DNA of 64,000 nt, taken from positions 768,001 through 832,000 of the forward strand of contig OZ245020.1 in the NCBI GenBank assembly GCA_965223865.1. The letters are read 5' to 3'. This DNA comes from Nitrosarchaeum sp. GTDB taxonomy: Archaea; Thermoproteota; Nitrososphaeria; Nitrososphaerales; Nitrosopumilaceae. Below the pieces are notes generated by a model, which made no database searches, was not told the origin of the DNA, and saw nothing but the letters and a program-made list of their open reading frames with translations. Within the stretch, counting starts at the first letter, position 1. Every line of letters starts with the position of its first letter. The position numbers and the translations under genes were made by a program. Positions 27,936 through 38,454 of the stretch are shown in pieces.

Positions 27936-28280
27936 TCAAACTGCCTGACCTCCTCTTTCACCAGTTCTGATTCTGACAGAGTCTTCAACATTGTATAGAA
28001 ATATTTTACCATCTCCAACCTTGCCTGTTCGTGCAGAGGTACTGATTACAGAAATAACTTTCTCTGCTTGGTCATCATTACATATCACTTCAATCTTGAT
28101 TTTTGGATTCAGGTATGATGAGGTAAATGTGCCGGGTCTACCACCACTTGTAATTTGCCCTTTCTGAGTTCCCATTCCCTTTACTTCGTAGACAGTCATC
28201 CCACCTACACCAATACCTGCAAGAGCAGTCTTGACAGCATATAGTCTTGTACTTCTAAAAATTGCCTCAATCTTTTTCAT
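27936..28280 (-). CDS. glnB: P-II nitrogen regulatory protein (GlnB/GlnK family)
   Basis: MKKIEAI, G.QKG, PK.KIE, TGKVGDGKIF, RIRTGE. Confidence 0.95.
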   Translation of the reverse strand: MKKIEAIFRSTRLYAVKTALAGIGVGGMTVYEVKGMGTQKGQITSGGRPGTFTSSYLNPKIKIEVICNDDQAEKVISVISTSARTGKVGDGKIFLYNVEDSVRIRTGERGGQAV

Positions 28281-28465
28281 GCTTTCTCCAAAGAATAAAA
28301 TTATTTATGCCTTATAAAATGGACTGATGTGGTGTTTAATAATCGAATATCTTTGCACGTAATACTGTAACTTGTAATGCATAATATCATGAATCTCGCA
28401 ATTTAAATAAGGATATCATTGCTCCAGTCGGCTTTAGGTTTTGTTAGTAATTTTCATTTACAGAA

Positions 28466-28675
28466 ATGATGATTACCGATAAATACAAAACAACTCAAGT
28501 CATGAGCGTTCCTCTGAAATGCCCAATATGCAATATTGGTAAAATGGTAAAAAACAAAAATCCCGAAATGCTTGCAGAGTACGATGCTAAAGAAAAAAAG
28601 CCCAATTCACACGGCATATTGACCAGAACATTTTACTGTGAAAAATGCAGCTATATCATGTTGTATAGGGAATAG
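28466..28675 (+). CDS. Zinc-ribbon small protein
   Basis: CPIC..G.M ... CEKC.Y. Confidence 0.7.
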   Translation: MMITDKYKTTQVMSVPLKCPICNIGKMVKNKNPEMLAEYDAKEKKPNSHGILTRTFYCEKCSYIMLYRE

Positions 28676-28810
28676 CAATTGAATATTTTTATGTCTTGAA
28701 TGTAGCTTTGCTGTGAATGCTATTCTCAAAAAGTAGCGATCTTTGCATACGTATAACTACGGTAAATTTGTAATAATACACACCTTACAAGTATTAATCT
28801 GTAAATAAAT

Positions 28811-29617
28811 TCATTCTTCACCAAACTGACTGTAATTACTTACAATTTCATCAATTGAAACTCTTTTTCCACCTACAATCTTTAGATCAACTTTGACTTT
28901 TTTGTTATTTACAGTAATGATATTGTAGGTGTTCTCAAATAGGCCCCTTACTCTTTCAGAGGTTGCAGTTCCAGCATTTACTACCATGGGCTTTCCAAAG
29001 TTCCAAATCCATGGTCTGTGTTTATGACCACATAAAACAAGATCAACATCAGTATCCATTATAGTTCTTAGTACATCACCTGCATCAATTACTGTTAGTT
29101 GATCAGAACCAGTGTCAGGAATTGCAACAAGATGGTGGTGCATTGCCAAAATTTTTACTTTATCTTTATATTTTTTCATGGTTCTCTCAAGCCACAGGTT
29201 TTGTCTGTATCCAACCTCACCTTCATTTCTGTCTGGTCTTGCAGTACCTAAAGTAACTAAAACAACATTATCACCTAATTCATTAATAGTTTCAAATGGA
29301 AAGAACTTTTTGAAAAGCAAGTATCCAGTGTTTCTATAATCATGATTTCCGCTAATTGTTATGATTTTTTTTGCATTAAATTTTGTTAAAAGAGATTTAC
29401 ATTTTTCATATTCTTTCATTAACCCTTCATTTGTAAGATCTCCTGTTACTACAATTGTATCAGGATTGAGTTGATTTACCTCATCTACTAAAGTATCAAA
29501 TTTTTCTTGTAGGAATTGTGAACCTACATGAAGATCCGAGATTTGCACAAGAATCATTTTAGGTTTTTTTCTTGAATCATTGCTATAAATCATATCCATA
29601 GAAAAATCAGTTGTCAA
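28811..29617 (-). CDS. Metallophosphoesterase (Icc-like)
   Basis: SDLH, GD, GNHD, HH, GHKH. Confidence 0.93.
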   Translation of the reverse strand: MTTDFSMDMIYSNDSRKKPKMILVQISDLHVGSQFLQEKFDTLVDEVNQLNPDTIVVTGDLTNEGLMKEYEKCKSLLTKFNAKKIITISGNHDYRNTGYLLFKKFFPFETINELGDNVVLVTLGTARPDRNEGEVGYRQNLWLERTMKKYKDKVKILAMHHHLVAIPDTGSDQLTVIDAGDVLRTIMDTDVDLVLCGHKHRPWIWNFGKPMVVNAGTATSERVRGLFENTYNIITVNNKKVKVDLKIVGGKRVSIDEIVSNYSQFGEE

Positions 29618-29661
29618 ATCAAGGTAGAATTAAATAATAAGCACTTCAATTTTTTGCAGTT

Positions 29662-30693
29662 TTGGGCAAAAAAGCTGCTGTTATGAAAGGAGACGGTATT
29701 GGACCCGAAGTAGTAGACTCTATGCTCAAAGTTTTAAAAGAATGCAATATTCAATCTGAAATTATTCTCTGTGAGGCAGGCTCTGAACAGTGGGATAAGA
29801 ATGGAAGAAAAGACAAATCATACATTCCTGATGATACAATAAAAATTCTAGAAGAGTCTGATGCTTGTTTTAAGGGACCAACTACAACAATCCCAGTTCC
29901 AAATGCCCCAAGAAGTGTTGCAGTAACACTACGTCAGAAATTTGAATTATATTCCAACATTAGACCAACTAAAACTTTTGATAGACTAACACCAGATAGA
30001 AAACTTGATTGTGTCTGTTTTAGAGAGGCCACCGAAGGACTATACACCGGAGTTGAAGCACAAATCACAGATGATGCAGCAATTGCAATTAGAAAGATTA
30101 CAAGACAAGGATGCAGAAGATTTTTGGGTTCAGCAATGGACTGGGCAAATAGATACAACATGAAAAAGATGGTTGCCATAACAAAAAGAAATATTCTAAA
30201 ACAAACAGATGGAATTTTTTGGCAAGAAGCACAAAAGGCAGTTGAGGGAACTGATGTGGAATTATCTGAAATTTACATAGACAACATGGCACAACAAATG
30301 GTTGTAGCACCAGAGCAATTCAATGGAGCAGTTCTTGTAAGCACAAATCTGTTTATGGATATTATTTCAGAATTAGCTTCAGGGTTAGTAGGATCTATTG
30401 GATTAATTTATTCAGCAAACATGGGAGATGACTTTGCAATGTTTGAGGCAGCCCACGGTAGCGCACCACAATTTGCAGGACAAAACAAAGTAAATCCGAC
30501 TGCAACTATATTATCGGGTGCATGGATGGCTGAATACTTGGGTGAAATTGACATTAGAAATGCAATATTTGAGGCAACTGAACAAGTAATCAATGAGGGA
30601 AAAACAGTTACTTGGGATATTGGTGGTGATGCAGGTACAACTCAAATGACTGATGCAATTATTACATATGCAAAAGATAAACTACGAAAATAA
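29662..30693 (+). CDS. Isocitrate/isopropylmalate dehydrogenase family
   Basis: GDGIGPEV, RE.TEG.Y, FEAAHGSAP, NP. Confidence 0.93.
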   Translation: MGKKAAVMKGDGIGPEVVDSMLKVLKECNIQSEIILCEAGSEQWDKNGRKDKSYIPDDTIKILEESDACFKGPTTTIPVPNAPRSVAVTLRQKFELYSNIRPTKTFDRLTPDRKLDCVCFREATEGLYTGVEAQITDDAAIAIRKITRQGCRRFLGSAMDWANRYNMKKMVAITKRNILKQTDGIFWQEAQKAVEGTDVELSEIYIDNMAQQMVVAPEQFNGAVLVSTNLFMDIISELASGLVGSIGLIYSANMGDDFAMFEAAHGSAPQFAGQNKVNPTATILSGAWMAEYLGEIDIRNAIFEATEQVINEGKTVTWDIGGDAGTTQMTDAIITYAKDKLRK

Positions 30694-30704
30694 TTAGATT
30701 CTGT

Positions 30705-31241
30705 TTATTCTCTTTTGGCCTCAACTAGAACTAGCTCTTCAAAGAAGAGTTTCTTTTTTGCAATGATTTTTGCATTCAAGCCTAGTTTCTGTGCATAATC
30801 AATTAATTTTTGATAATTTGAAAGAGAAGAGGTAACAAAGATGAATTTACCACCCTTTCTAACTTTCTTTATTACAGAATCAAAGATTTTTTTTGGAATC
30901 TCAAATCCATCTTTACCTCCATCAGTTGCCATATCTAAAATTTCATCAGTTGCCAAATATGGAAGGTTACACACGATCAAATCAAATTCATAATTTATTG
31001 CATCTGCACCATTACAGCCTACAATATTTTGAGTTTTGTATGTCTGATTTGCTAGAACATCAAAATTAATGTCAGTCCCAACCACAAAAGAGAATTTCTC
31101 AGAAAGCATCTTTGTTAGATATCCTGAACCACTCCCAACATCTAATGCAGAAAATCCCTCTTCATTTTCAATGTTTGAAGCAATAAAGAATGTATCCTCA
31201 GATGGAGGATACTCTTCATTATCGTAAAATATCTTTTGCAA
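30705..31241 (-). CDS. HemK2/N6AMT-like methyltransferase
   Basis: Y.P.EDT, D.GSGSG, NLPY, KKLFFEEL. Confidence 0.9.
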   Translation of the reverse strand: MQKIFYDNEEYPPSEDTFFIASNIENEEGFSALDVGSGSGYLTKMLSEKFSFVVGTDINFDVLANQTYKTQNIVGCNGADAINYEFDLIVCNLPYLATDEILDMATDGGKDGFEIPKKIFDSVIKKVRKGGKFIFVTSSLSNYQKLIDYAQKLGLNAKIIAKKKLFFEELVLVEAKRE

Positions 31242-31923
31242 TATTTACTATCTCTTCTCCTGAAATATCATCTAGTCGTTTATTGGATGTAGTTTCTTTA
31301 CCAAACTGTTTTAAGATATTTTGAATTGTTTTTCTTCTGTATGAGAAAATTTTATTTATAGTCTCAATGAGTTTTTTATCAATAGTTTGTTTTTTTATTA
31401 TTTTCAAAACAACTGAATCAACTTTTGGTGGAGGATTAAAGTTGTTTTTGCCAACATTTACGATCTTTTTGATTTCAAGAGTATGATTTGCAATAATGGT
31501 AATTGCCCTTCGTTTCTGAAAGGATTCTTCAAGTAATTTATCTGCGAATTCCTTTTGAACCATGATAACACCATGCGAGAATTTTCTTTGTGCTAACCAT
31601 TCAATTGCAGCTTTACTCTTAGAATAAGGAAGATTTGAAACAAATATTGTAAAATCATCTTTCTTTTTGAATCCATCACCTGTCTTCAAAGTGAGATTCT
31701 CGATTTTTCCAAAGTGAGACTTTGCGTTCTGAAAGAGTTTCTTGTCTTCATCAACTGAGATTACTTTTTTGGCGTTTTTGCATAACAAAGGCGTCAAAAT
31801 TCCCAAGCCTGTTCCTAACTCAAATACAGTATCTTTTTTGGTGATTTTAGCCTCAAAAGTAATTGTTTCTGCTATATTGTTAGAGTTTAGAAAGTGTTGG
31901 CCCAGTTTTTTTCTTTTTATCAT
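31219..31923 (-). CDS. ksgA: 16S rRNA dimethyladenosine transferase
   Basis: LGQHFL, E.G.G.G.LT, NLPY, PPPKVDS. Confidence 0.95.
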   Translation of the reverse strand: MIKRKKLGQHFLNSNNIAETITFEAKITKKDTVFELGTGLGILTPLLCKNAKKVISVDEDKKLFQNAKSHFGKIENLTLKTGDGFKKKDDFTIFVSNLPYSKSKAAIEWLAQRKFSHGVIMVQKEFADKLLEESFQKRRAITIIANHTLEIKKIVNVGKNNFNPPPKVDSVVLKIIKKQTIDKKLIETINKIFSYRRKTIQNILKQFGKETTSNKRLDDISGEEIVNIAKDILR

Positions 31924-32498
31924 CTCTTAACAAAGAGATTCATTCTGCTTTCTCCAGTAATCTCATCCATGATTCTCTCAGAGATGTGTTTTATTGGCTC
32001 CTTGAATCCAACCCGTTCTTGCAGGTCTTCATAACTTTCAAACTTTTTCTTTTCTCTTTCTTCTAGCATTGTCTTCATGTAGGTTTTTCCAATTCCAGGA
32101 ATTAGCTCTAGCGCATGAATTCTGGGCGTTAGTGGTCGTGCGTTATTTAGATATTCTACAAATTTAGACTCATTTTCAGTTACAATTTTTTCTACCACTG
32201 TTGGTAATTCACTTTGCGTAGAAGATGATACGTGTTCATAATCCATCTTTCCCAATACTGAGAGAACTTTTGTTCTTCCTTCCTTGCCAATGTATATTCT
32301 TTCTCCAACTTCAAAAGTAGAGTTTGGAACTCCAAGAACTTCAAGCAATGTCAATCTATCCTCACCGATTGCTGTGATGATAATTCCTTCTCGTCCTCTA
32401 ACGGTTGAAGATTTTCCTCTAGGATTAAAATCTAAAACGTATGCATATTCCTCATATTTTCTAGGTGGGGGATGTGCCCTGTACAAAATTAGATACAC
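31920..32498 (-). CDS. DUF655 RNA-binding protein
   Basis: EEYAYVLDF, LELIPGIGK; conserved L21e-rpoF-DUF655-ksgA operon. Confidence 0.93.
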   Translation of the reverse strand: MYLILYRAHPPPRKYEEYAYVLDFNPRGKSSTVRGREGIIITAIGEDRLTLLEVLGVPNSTFEVGERIYIGKEGRTKVLSVLGKMDYEHVSSSTQSELPTVVEKIVTENESKFVEYLNNARPLTPRIHALELIPGIGKTYMKTMLEEREKKKFESYEDLQERVGFKEPIKHISERIMDEITGESRMNLFVKR

Positions 32499-32506
32499 CT
32501 TAAAAA

Positions 32507-32833
32507 TTAAGAATGCTCCTTGATTATTTTGAGCATTTTTTCTAGAGTTTCAGCAAGAATGAGTTTCTTCCATCCAAATGTAAAGGAACGTAGTTCTGCT
32601 AGGCTTGTTGGTCTAATGTTTACAATTTCAACAGCTTCTTCTTCTGTCAATTCGCAATCTTTCATTAGTTTCTTTTTCATGTCTTTAGCTTCTTTAGGAT
32701 CAATTTGGGCAAATTTGGAGACATAATCAAATGTCCATCGCTGAATTTGGTCCATCTGTTCAGCATCAACTTTTCCTAAAATCTCTTTAACTTCTGAAAG
32801 GGAGATGCTTTGTTTCTTTTTTACTTCTTCCAT
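32507..32833 (-). CDS. rpoF: RNA polymerase subunit Rpo4/RpoF
   Basis: IVNI.P....ELR; operon context. Confidence 0.93.
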   Translation of the reverse strand: MEEVKKKQSISLSEVKEILGKVDAEQMDQIQRWTFDYVSKFAQIDPKEAKDMKKKLMKDCELTEEEAVEIVNIRPTSLAELRSFTFGWKKLILAETLEKMLKIIKEHS

Positions 32834-32835
32834 AT

Positions 32836-33135
32836 CTATACACCGAATGGTTTGATATGATCCAATCGAGTGATTAAGGTTTTCGATTTATTTCCCAATT
32901 TCACATCTAATGTGACAGCACGCCTACCAACATCTGTGACAATTCCTACCTTTCCGTGGTATCGTCTGTGTGGTAATCCTTTGTGTTGTCTAGGATCGAT
33001 AATGACAAGTGCCTGCTGGCCCTCATGATACTCTCTGAGTAAGAATGATACTCCTCTTGGAGCTTTTTTCTTCATCACAGATCTAGACTTGTGTTTAAAT
33101 CCATGTGAACGACCAGAAGTTTTCTTAGTTGCCAT
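32836..33135 (-). CDS. rpl21e: 50S ribosomal protein L21e
   Basis: HKGLPHRRYHGKVG. Confidence 0.97.
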   Translation of the reverse strand: MATKKTSGRSHGFKHKSRSVMKKKAPRGVSFLLREYHEGQQALVIIDPRQHKGLPHRRYHGKVGIVTDVGRRAVTLDVKLGNKSKTLITRLDHIKPFGV

Positions 33136-33193
33136 GTATGAGTAAAACCTCCAAAGACCCTATTTTAACACTTACGAAGTATCCAGGCATATT

Positions 33194-33808
33194 TTAGTGC
33201 AAAACGCCAAAAGAAGATAGTGAATCTTTCAATAGCCGAAAATTTGTAAAATGGATGGCATTTATCCCAGATCTCTTTGCAGCATCGATATTTGATTTCT
33301 TGTCATCAATAAAGATAGTTTGGTTTGGTTCAAATGACAGTTTTTCAATCACATATTCATAAATTCTAGGATCTGGTTTTGAGAAACCAATTTGATAGGA
33401 CATGAATTTGTACTCAAAATTATCCAATACATTCCAATCCTCAACTACGTTGTGAGTAATTTTTTCAATATTTGAGATTATTCCCATCGTGTAAGAATTT
33501 TCTTTGATTATTTTTGCAAGATGGATTACCTCATGATTTATTCTAGCTTTTTTTCTAAAGTACGTATTCCATAATGATTCAGTATTTTCTTTGAGCGATA
33601 TAGAATCTACATCACCTGCAATCTTGTCCCAAAATGTTTTCTCTTCAATCTTTCCTGAATCTAATTCATGAAGATATTTTGAAAATGCGTTTTCAATTAA
33701 ATATTCATTAATTTTAAATCGTTTTGAAATCTTAGATGTAATCCAAGACATGTGCCAATAAACTAAGACCCCTCCGATGTCAAATAATACACATTTTATC
33801 TTCGACAC
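33194..33808 (-). CDS. HAD-family hydrolase
   Basis: FDIGGV, SKPD..IY, FIDD. Confidence 0.92.
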   Translation of the reverse strand: MSKIKCVLFDIGGVLVYWHMSWITSKISKRFKINEYLIENAFSKYLHELDSGKIEEKTFWDKIAGDVDSISLKENTESLWNTYFRKKARINHEVIHLAKIIKENSYTMGIISNIEKITHNVVEDWNVLDNFEYKFMSYQIGFSKPDPRIYEYVIEKLSFEPNQTIFIDDKKSNIDAAKRSGINAIHFTNFRLLKDSLSSFGVLH

Positions 33809-33863
33809 AAAAAGAAAAGCATTCTAGTCATATTCATACATTACAAAAGTAGAAAAAGAAGAA

Positions 33864-35006
33864 TTACTCTTCTATTGGTTCTGATTCATCTACAGATGTT
33901 TCTGTAGGCTCAACTGTAGTTTTAATATAAGTTGAGTCTGTTGGTGTTTCCACTTTGGGAGCTTCAACTGTTTCTTCTATTTCAGGTTCTTTGGTTTTTT
34001 TGGTGGTTGTTTTTTTAGTTGTCTTTTTTGTTTTCTTTTCAGCCTCTTCTGGGTCCATAACTCCAGCCTCACCTAGTGCAAAAATTATTTCCTCTTCAGG
34101 ATGATGTGGACTATCAACCATTCTTGCAATTCGTTTTTTGCCGGATTTTTTAAAGTATATTCTATATGTACTTGTATGTGCAACTACATTTCCACCAATT
34201 GGACGAGTTGGATCACCAAAGAAGACATCCGGAGATGCCATAACCTGGTTTGTTGCAATTGCAGCACAATTGTATGTCTCTGCAATTCTAGATAACAGAT
34301 GAACAAAATGATTTAGTTTCTGCTGTCTGTTTGAAAGTGTTCCTCTTCCAAGATATTCAGAACGGAACAGGCCTACTGCAGAGTCTGCAACGATTAGTTT
34401 TACATTGTTTTCCTCAATTACGGGTCCTGCCTCCTCTAGAATCAGTGTTTGGTGTGCACTGTTGTATGCACGTGCCACAATGATATTATCAAGAACTTTT
34501 TCAGGATCCATTCCATGCGCTTGTGCAATAGATACAATTCTTTCAGGTCTGAAAGTGTTTTCAGTATCAATATACAACACAGAGCCTTCTAGTCCGCCTT
34601 CCTCTTTTGGTTTCTGAACCATTACAGACATTGTATGTGCAAACTGTGTTTTTCCACAACCAAATTCTCCATAAACTTCTGTGAGTGCTTGTGTTTCAAG
34701 ACCACCATCAAATAATGTATCAAGACAATTTGTGCCTGTTGTAATTTTACCTATTGATTGTCTGTGTTTGTAAATCTCACTTGCACTAACAAAATCTTTA
34801 GCAAGTAATCCTCCTTCAACTAGATGTTGTCTGGCTTTGTTTACAATTTTTTCAGCAGTGTCCTTTTCCATTCCAGTTATTTCTGCAATCTCCACTGGAC
34901 CCCTAACTATCAGATCCATTACATTGTGAACACCCGCATCAGATAATTTTCTAGTAGTTACAGGACCTACGCCCTCTAAACTATCTAATCTTAAATCTTC
35001 TACCAT
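33864..35006 (-). CDS. radA: DNA repair/recombination protein RadA
   Basis: GEFGCGKTQ, YIDTENTFRPER, RQQKL; charged C-terminal tail. Confidence 0.98.
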   Translation of the reverse strand: MVEDLRLDSLEGVGPVTTRKLSDAGVHNVMDLIVRGPVEIAEITGMEKDTAEKIVNKARQHLVEGGLLAKDFVSASEIYKHRQSIGKITTGTNCLDTLFDGGLETQALTEVYGEFGCGKTQFAHTMSVMVQKPKEEGGLEGSVLYIDTENTFRPERIVSIAQAHGMDPEKVLDNIIVARAYNSAHQTLILEEAGPVIEENNVKLIVADSAVGLFRSEYLGRGTLSNRQQKLNHFVHLLSRIAETYNCAAIATNQVMASPDVFFGDPTRPIGGNVVAHTSTYRIYFKKSGKKRIARMVDSPHHPEEEIIFALGEAGVMDPEEAEKKTKKTTKKTTTKKTKEPEIEETVEAPKVETPTDSTYIKTTVEPTETSVDESEPIEE

Positions 35007-35022
35007 ACCGTATGGTACGGTA
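35001..35022. promoter_or_regulatory. Overlapping palindromes at the radA start
   Basis: TACCATA-N3-TATGGTA (35001-35017) and TACCGTA-N3-TACGGTA (35006-35022); TTATAA at 35031. Confidence 0.5.
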
Positions 35023-35636
35023 CCTGTACTTTATAAGAGTATTGTTTTAGGGTTCTGTTAAGTTATGGGGGCATTAGTCAAATTCTTTACGATAAGCTTC
35101 TGAATACGAGTTTAATCCATCTGTGATAATGATTTTTGATTTTGTAAATATTTGCCATATGTCGCTTCATTTCCAATGATTGGTTCTAAATAGGCATCAC
35201 AATCTAATTTTGATTTATCACGACTTGTAGAGTTTGTCAAAGATTTTAGAAAGTCAAATTCATCATTTGATATTATTGGTCCATCTGTAACTATGTGTTC
35301 AGATATTAATCAGAAAGCATCAGATAACGGAGTAGTTATAGGAGGGGACTTGCATGAAAGAGTAAAAAGTTTTAACGAATACAAATTCAAGCAGATTAAA
35401 GATTTCTCGCTGGGCTTCAAATTCTCTTACCCAGTTTATAGTGTAATGAGAAAATAACGAGAGTATTAACAATGATAATCGATTTTGAATTAATAAATTC
35501 TAAAAGAGGAAAAGAGATCATAAATCATCTTGATGCATTGAGTAAAGAGATATGGGATAAAAAACAGCAGTAAAAATCAACAAAAAATTCAAGATAAAGT
35601 TACGAATTAATGGGTTTTACTTAATTGATATTTTTA

Positions 35637-35819
35637 TTATCTTCTCTTTCTTCGTTGGCCAGGTTTATTCTGCCCTGGAACTCTACCAAGAACAAATCTT
35701 TTTTTGAAGTTACTCTTATTTCTGAGGCTGGAATTAGTACCAACTATTTTTCTTCCTTCAACTTTGGGCGTTTGACCTCTTACTTTACCTGCTTTTGTAA
35801 GCGAACCGTGAGTTGCCAT
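35637..35819 (-). CDS. rps30e: 30S ribosomal protein S30e
   Basis: HGSLTKAGKVR.QTPK. Confidence 0.97.
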   Translation of the reverse strand: MATHGSLTKAGKVRGQTPKVEGRKIVGTNSSLRNKSNFKKRFVLGRVPGQNKPGQRRKRR

Positions 35820-35859
35820 GTTTTAGTTACCGAGAATAGCGAATTTATGTATTTGTATA

Positions 35860-37593
35860 TTACCAATATTTGGCCTTTACAGTCTCTATGACTTTTTCGT
35901 GTTCATGTCCCTTTTTACGTGCATATCTTTCCATTGCACCTAGTGGAACACCTCCAAGTGATCGCGCAATAGCATTAAAGAAGTATCTCTGTGGACCCTT
36001 GGCACCGGTCTTAGTCATGAATTTTTGAATTCCGTACTTGAAATTGTGTTGCCAAGTCTTGTATAAGACTCCAAGTTGTGCAGGAGTCATTTCATTTCCA
36101 ATGTTAAAGAAGTCAGATTTTTCTAACAACCCAATAGGAACAAATGTCAAAGCAGTAGCAGTAAACATTGATTCTGGCTGTTCATGTTCTAGCTCACTAA
36201 GTAGCCTAATTGTTTCCCAAGAATCTTCAGGCGTCTCATCGTTATCAAGTCCCATAATTAATGTAAATGCAGGAATCCAGTAATGCTGATTTAGGCTTTT
36301 TACGCCCTCTTTGACAACCCAGTGCCATTCATCTGGAGAATATGGTGCAAGTTTTCTGTCTGCATATTTTCCAATCAATCTCAAACTTCCAGTTTCAAAA
36401 CCAGCCTGTACACCAATCATATTATCAGGTCCAGATTTGATTATTTTTGATAGATTTGGAATTAGTTTTTCATCAGCAATAGCTCCGGCCAATGTACCAT
36501 GTGTGGGGTTTGTATGTTCAACACCTGTAGACATGATTGCAGTAAACAATTCCTCAAGGGCTTCTCTATTTGGTTCCATTCCTTTTGCAGTTCGAGGGTC
36601 CATTCCATAAACAAAGATGTCATCACTATGAATCCATGCAGATTTTGAACCGCCTTTTCTCATGTTAATTTCAATTTCTTTTTTGACTTTTTCAGGAGGA
36701 TAGTATCTTAATGATCTTAATGTTACATCGCAGAATTTACAACCTCTTCCACATCCTCGCATAACTTCAACCATTCCGTGCATGCTTGGTTCAACAATGT
36801 CAGGAATTTCATCTAATTCAGGTCTATCCCAGAAATTTACAAATCTTCCATGGAGTTTTCTTCCATTTCTTTCAAATTCCTTGATGTTTACTTTAAAGTC
36901 ACTTCTCTTTCTGAAAGGATCCATGTTTTCAAAATCTCCGTTAATTAAGTAGTTGAAAAATCTACCAGCATGTCCGTCAATCTCAGGTGCAATTCCTCCA
37001 AGCTCTCCTTCTAAAATTGCATAAATTCCAAACTCTTCAATTTTTTCTGGATCATAGTTGTATTGCCAAGTTCCTGATGCACCAGAAATTACTTTTGCTT
37101 TACTTCCAGTTTTTGCTTTTGCAGCTTTGATTCTATGATGAAGTTCAGTATTGTAAAGCTCATCATATGAAATTTGTTTTCTACCATAAGTAAATGTCAT
37201 TGTTACTGGACCCATTCCAAGAGGATCCATTTCGTATGTACCTACAACTTGAGTCTCTGGTCCAATAAATTGTTCGATATGATCAGGATGAGCTACTACT
37301 ACTTCATCTCTTCTAAAACCGTCTCGAAGCAAACCTGCCTCAAGTTTTCTGAGTCCATATGGAGCATACTTTGCAACTCCGTTTGTATGAGGAATGTAAT
37401 TGCAAATAAAATCAAATAATATTTTGGGAGTAACCTGTTTTCCTAAAATTTTATACCAAAAGCTGCTTTTATCTCGATTTGGATCAATTGCTGGTGCACA
37501 TCCGAAAAATGTAGCTAACGATAATCCCCGATACGGAGACATCAAAGTTCGATCAGCTGTCAGTACGATCTTTGGGGTACCCATATCCTTCAA
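35860..37593 (-). CDS. Radical SAM protein
   Basis: RGCGRGCKFC (CxxxCxxC), APYGLRK.EA. Confidence 0.93.
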   Translation of the reverse strand: MKDMGTPKIVLTADRTLMSPYRGLSLATFFGCAPAIDPNRDKSSFWYKILGKQVTPKILFDFICNYIPHTNGVAKYAPYGLRKLEAGLLRDGFRRDEVVVAHPDHIEQFIGPETQVVGTYEMDPLGMGPVTMTFTYGRKQISYDELYNTELHHRIKAAKAKTGSKAKVISGASGTWQYNYDPEKIEEFGIYAILEGELGGIAPEIDGHAGRFFNYLINGDFENMDPFRKRSDFKVNIKEFERNGRKLHGRFVNFWDRPELDEIPDIVEPSMHGMVEVMRGCGRGCKFCDVTLRSLRYYPPEKVKKEIEINMRKGGSKSAWIHSDDIFVYGMDPRTAKGMEPNREALEELFTAIMSTGVEHTNPTHGTLAGAIADEKLIPNLSKIIKSGPDNMIGVQAGFETGSLRLIGKYADRKLAPYSPDEWHWVVKEGVKSLNQHYWIPAFTLIMGLDNDETPEDSWETIRLLSELEHEQPESMFTATALTFVPIGLLEKSDFFNIGNEMTPAQLGVLYKTWQHNFKYGIQKFMTKTGAKGPQRYFFNAIARSLGGVPLGAMERYARKKGHEHEKVIETVKAKYW

Positions 37594-37635
37594 CGCAATA
37601 ATTTCGCGATTTGCTTTAAACCTTGCTGGAAATAT

Positions 37636-38454
37636 CTAATAATTTTCAAGAATTCCAGCCTTGTTTCTATGAAAATGACCAAATTCAGGGTTAGAAAGTA
37701 GGTGTTTCCCATCAAAGACAGTACCATCTCTGCAAACCAAATCTTCACCCATACAACAGCTTCCACATATACCAACGCCACATTTCATCATACGCTCAAG
37801 ACTAGCTTGAACAAAAAGACCCTTAGAATGAGCAGACTGAACGGTTTTAAACATCATTATTTCAGGGCCACATGTGTAAACACCATCGTAATAATTTTCA
37901 TTAATTAATTTCTCGACCATGTTCGTGACATAACCTTTTTCTCCATAACTTCCATCATCTGTGGTTACGATTACCTGATGAGAATTTTTTTCCAAAAGAT
38001 TATTTGCTAAATCTTCAAAGAAAACCTCATCTTTTGATTTTGCCCCTATTAGAACAGTAACATTGTCATCGGGTTTTACAAAAGTTAGTAATCGCATCAT
38101 TGGAACAAGTCCAGTACCGCCACCAACAAGCAAAAGTTTTCCTTGTTTCAAATTAAAAGAATTTCCATATGGACCTCTGACACCAATCTTATCTCCGACT
38201 TTAACATTAAACAAGCCAGTTGATGCAGGACCATGTTTTCGTACTGTAAATGCAGCTTTTCCAGATTCATTAGCAATCATAACACTCATTGGCAGTTCAT
38301 TTATTCCAGGAACCCAAACCATTGCAAATTGTCCTGGAAGAACACTTGACATTATTTCATCAGAAAAAACAAGAGTCCTTACAGTAGGTGTTTCATCAAT
38401 GATTTTTTCTATTTTGCAAATTTTTGGATGATTATGATTTCTTTGCAAGACCAA
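37636..38454 (-). CDS. pyrK: Dihydroorotate dehydrogenase electron transfer subunit
   Basis: PGQF, RGPYG, CGP, MKCGVGICGSC. Confidence 0.95.
   Translation of the reverse strand: MVLQRNHNHPKICKIEKIIDETPTVRTLVFSDEIMSSVLPGQFAMVWVPGINELPMSVMIANESGKAAFTVRKHGPASTGLFNVKVGDKIGVRGPYGNSFNLKQGKLLLVGGGTGLVPMMRLLTFVKPDDNVTVLIGAKSKDEVFFEDLANNLLEKNSHQVIVTTDDGSYGEKGYVTNMVEKLINENYYDGVYTCGPEIMMFKTVQSAHSKGLFVQASLERMMKCGVGICGSCCMGEDLVCRDGTVFDGKHLLSNPEFGHFHRNKAGILENY

Noticed and set aside
33864-34050. RadA charged C-terminal tail as a novelty or intein
   Set aside because: Low-complexity tail, as reported for thaumarchaeal RadA; no intein motifs.
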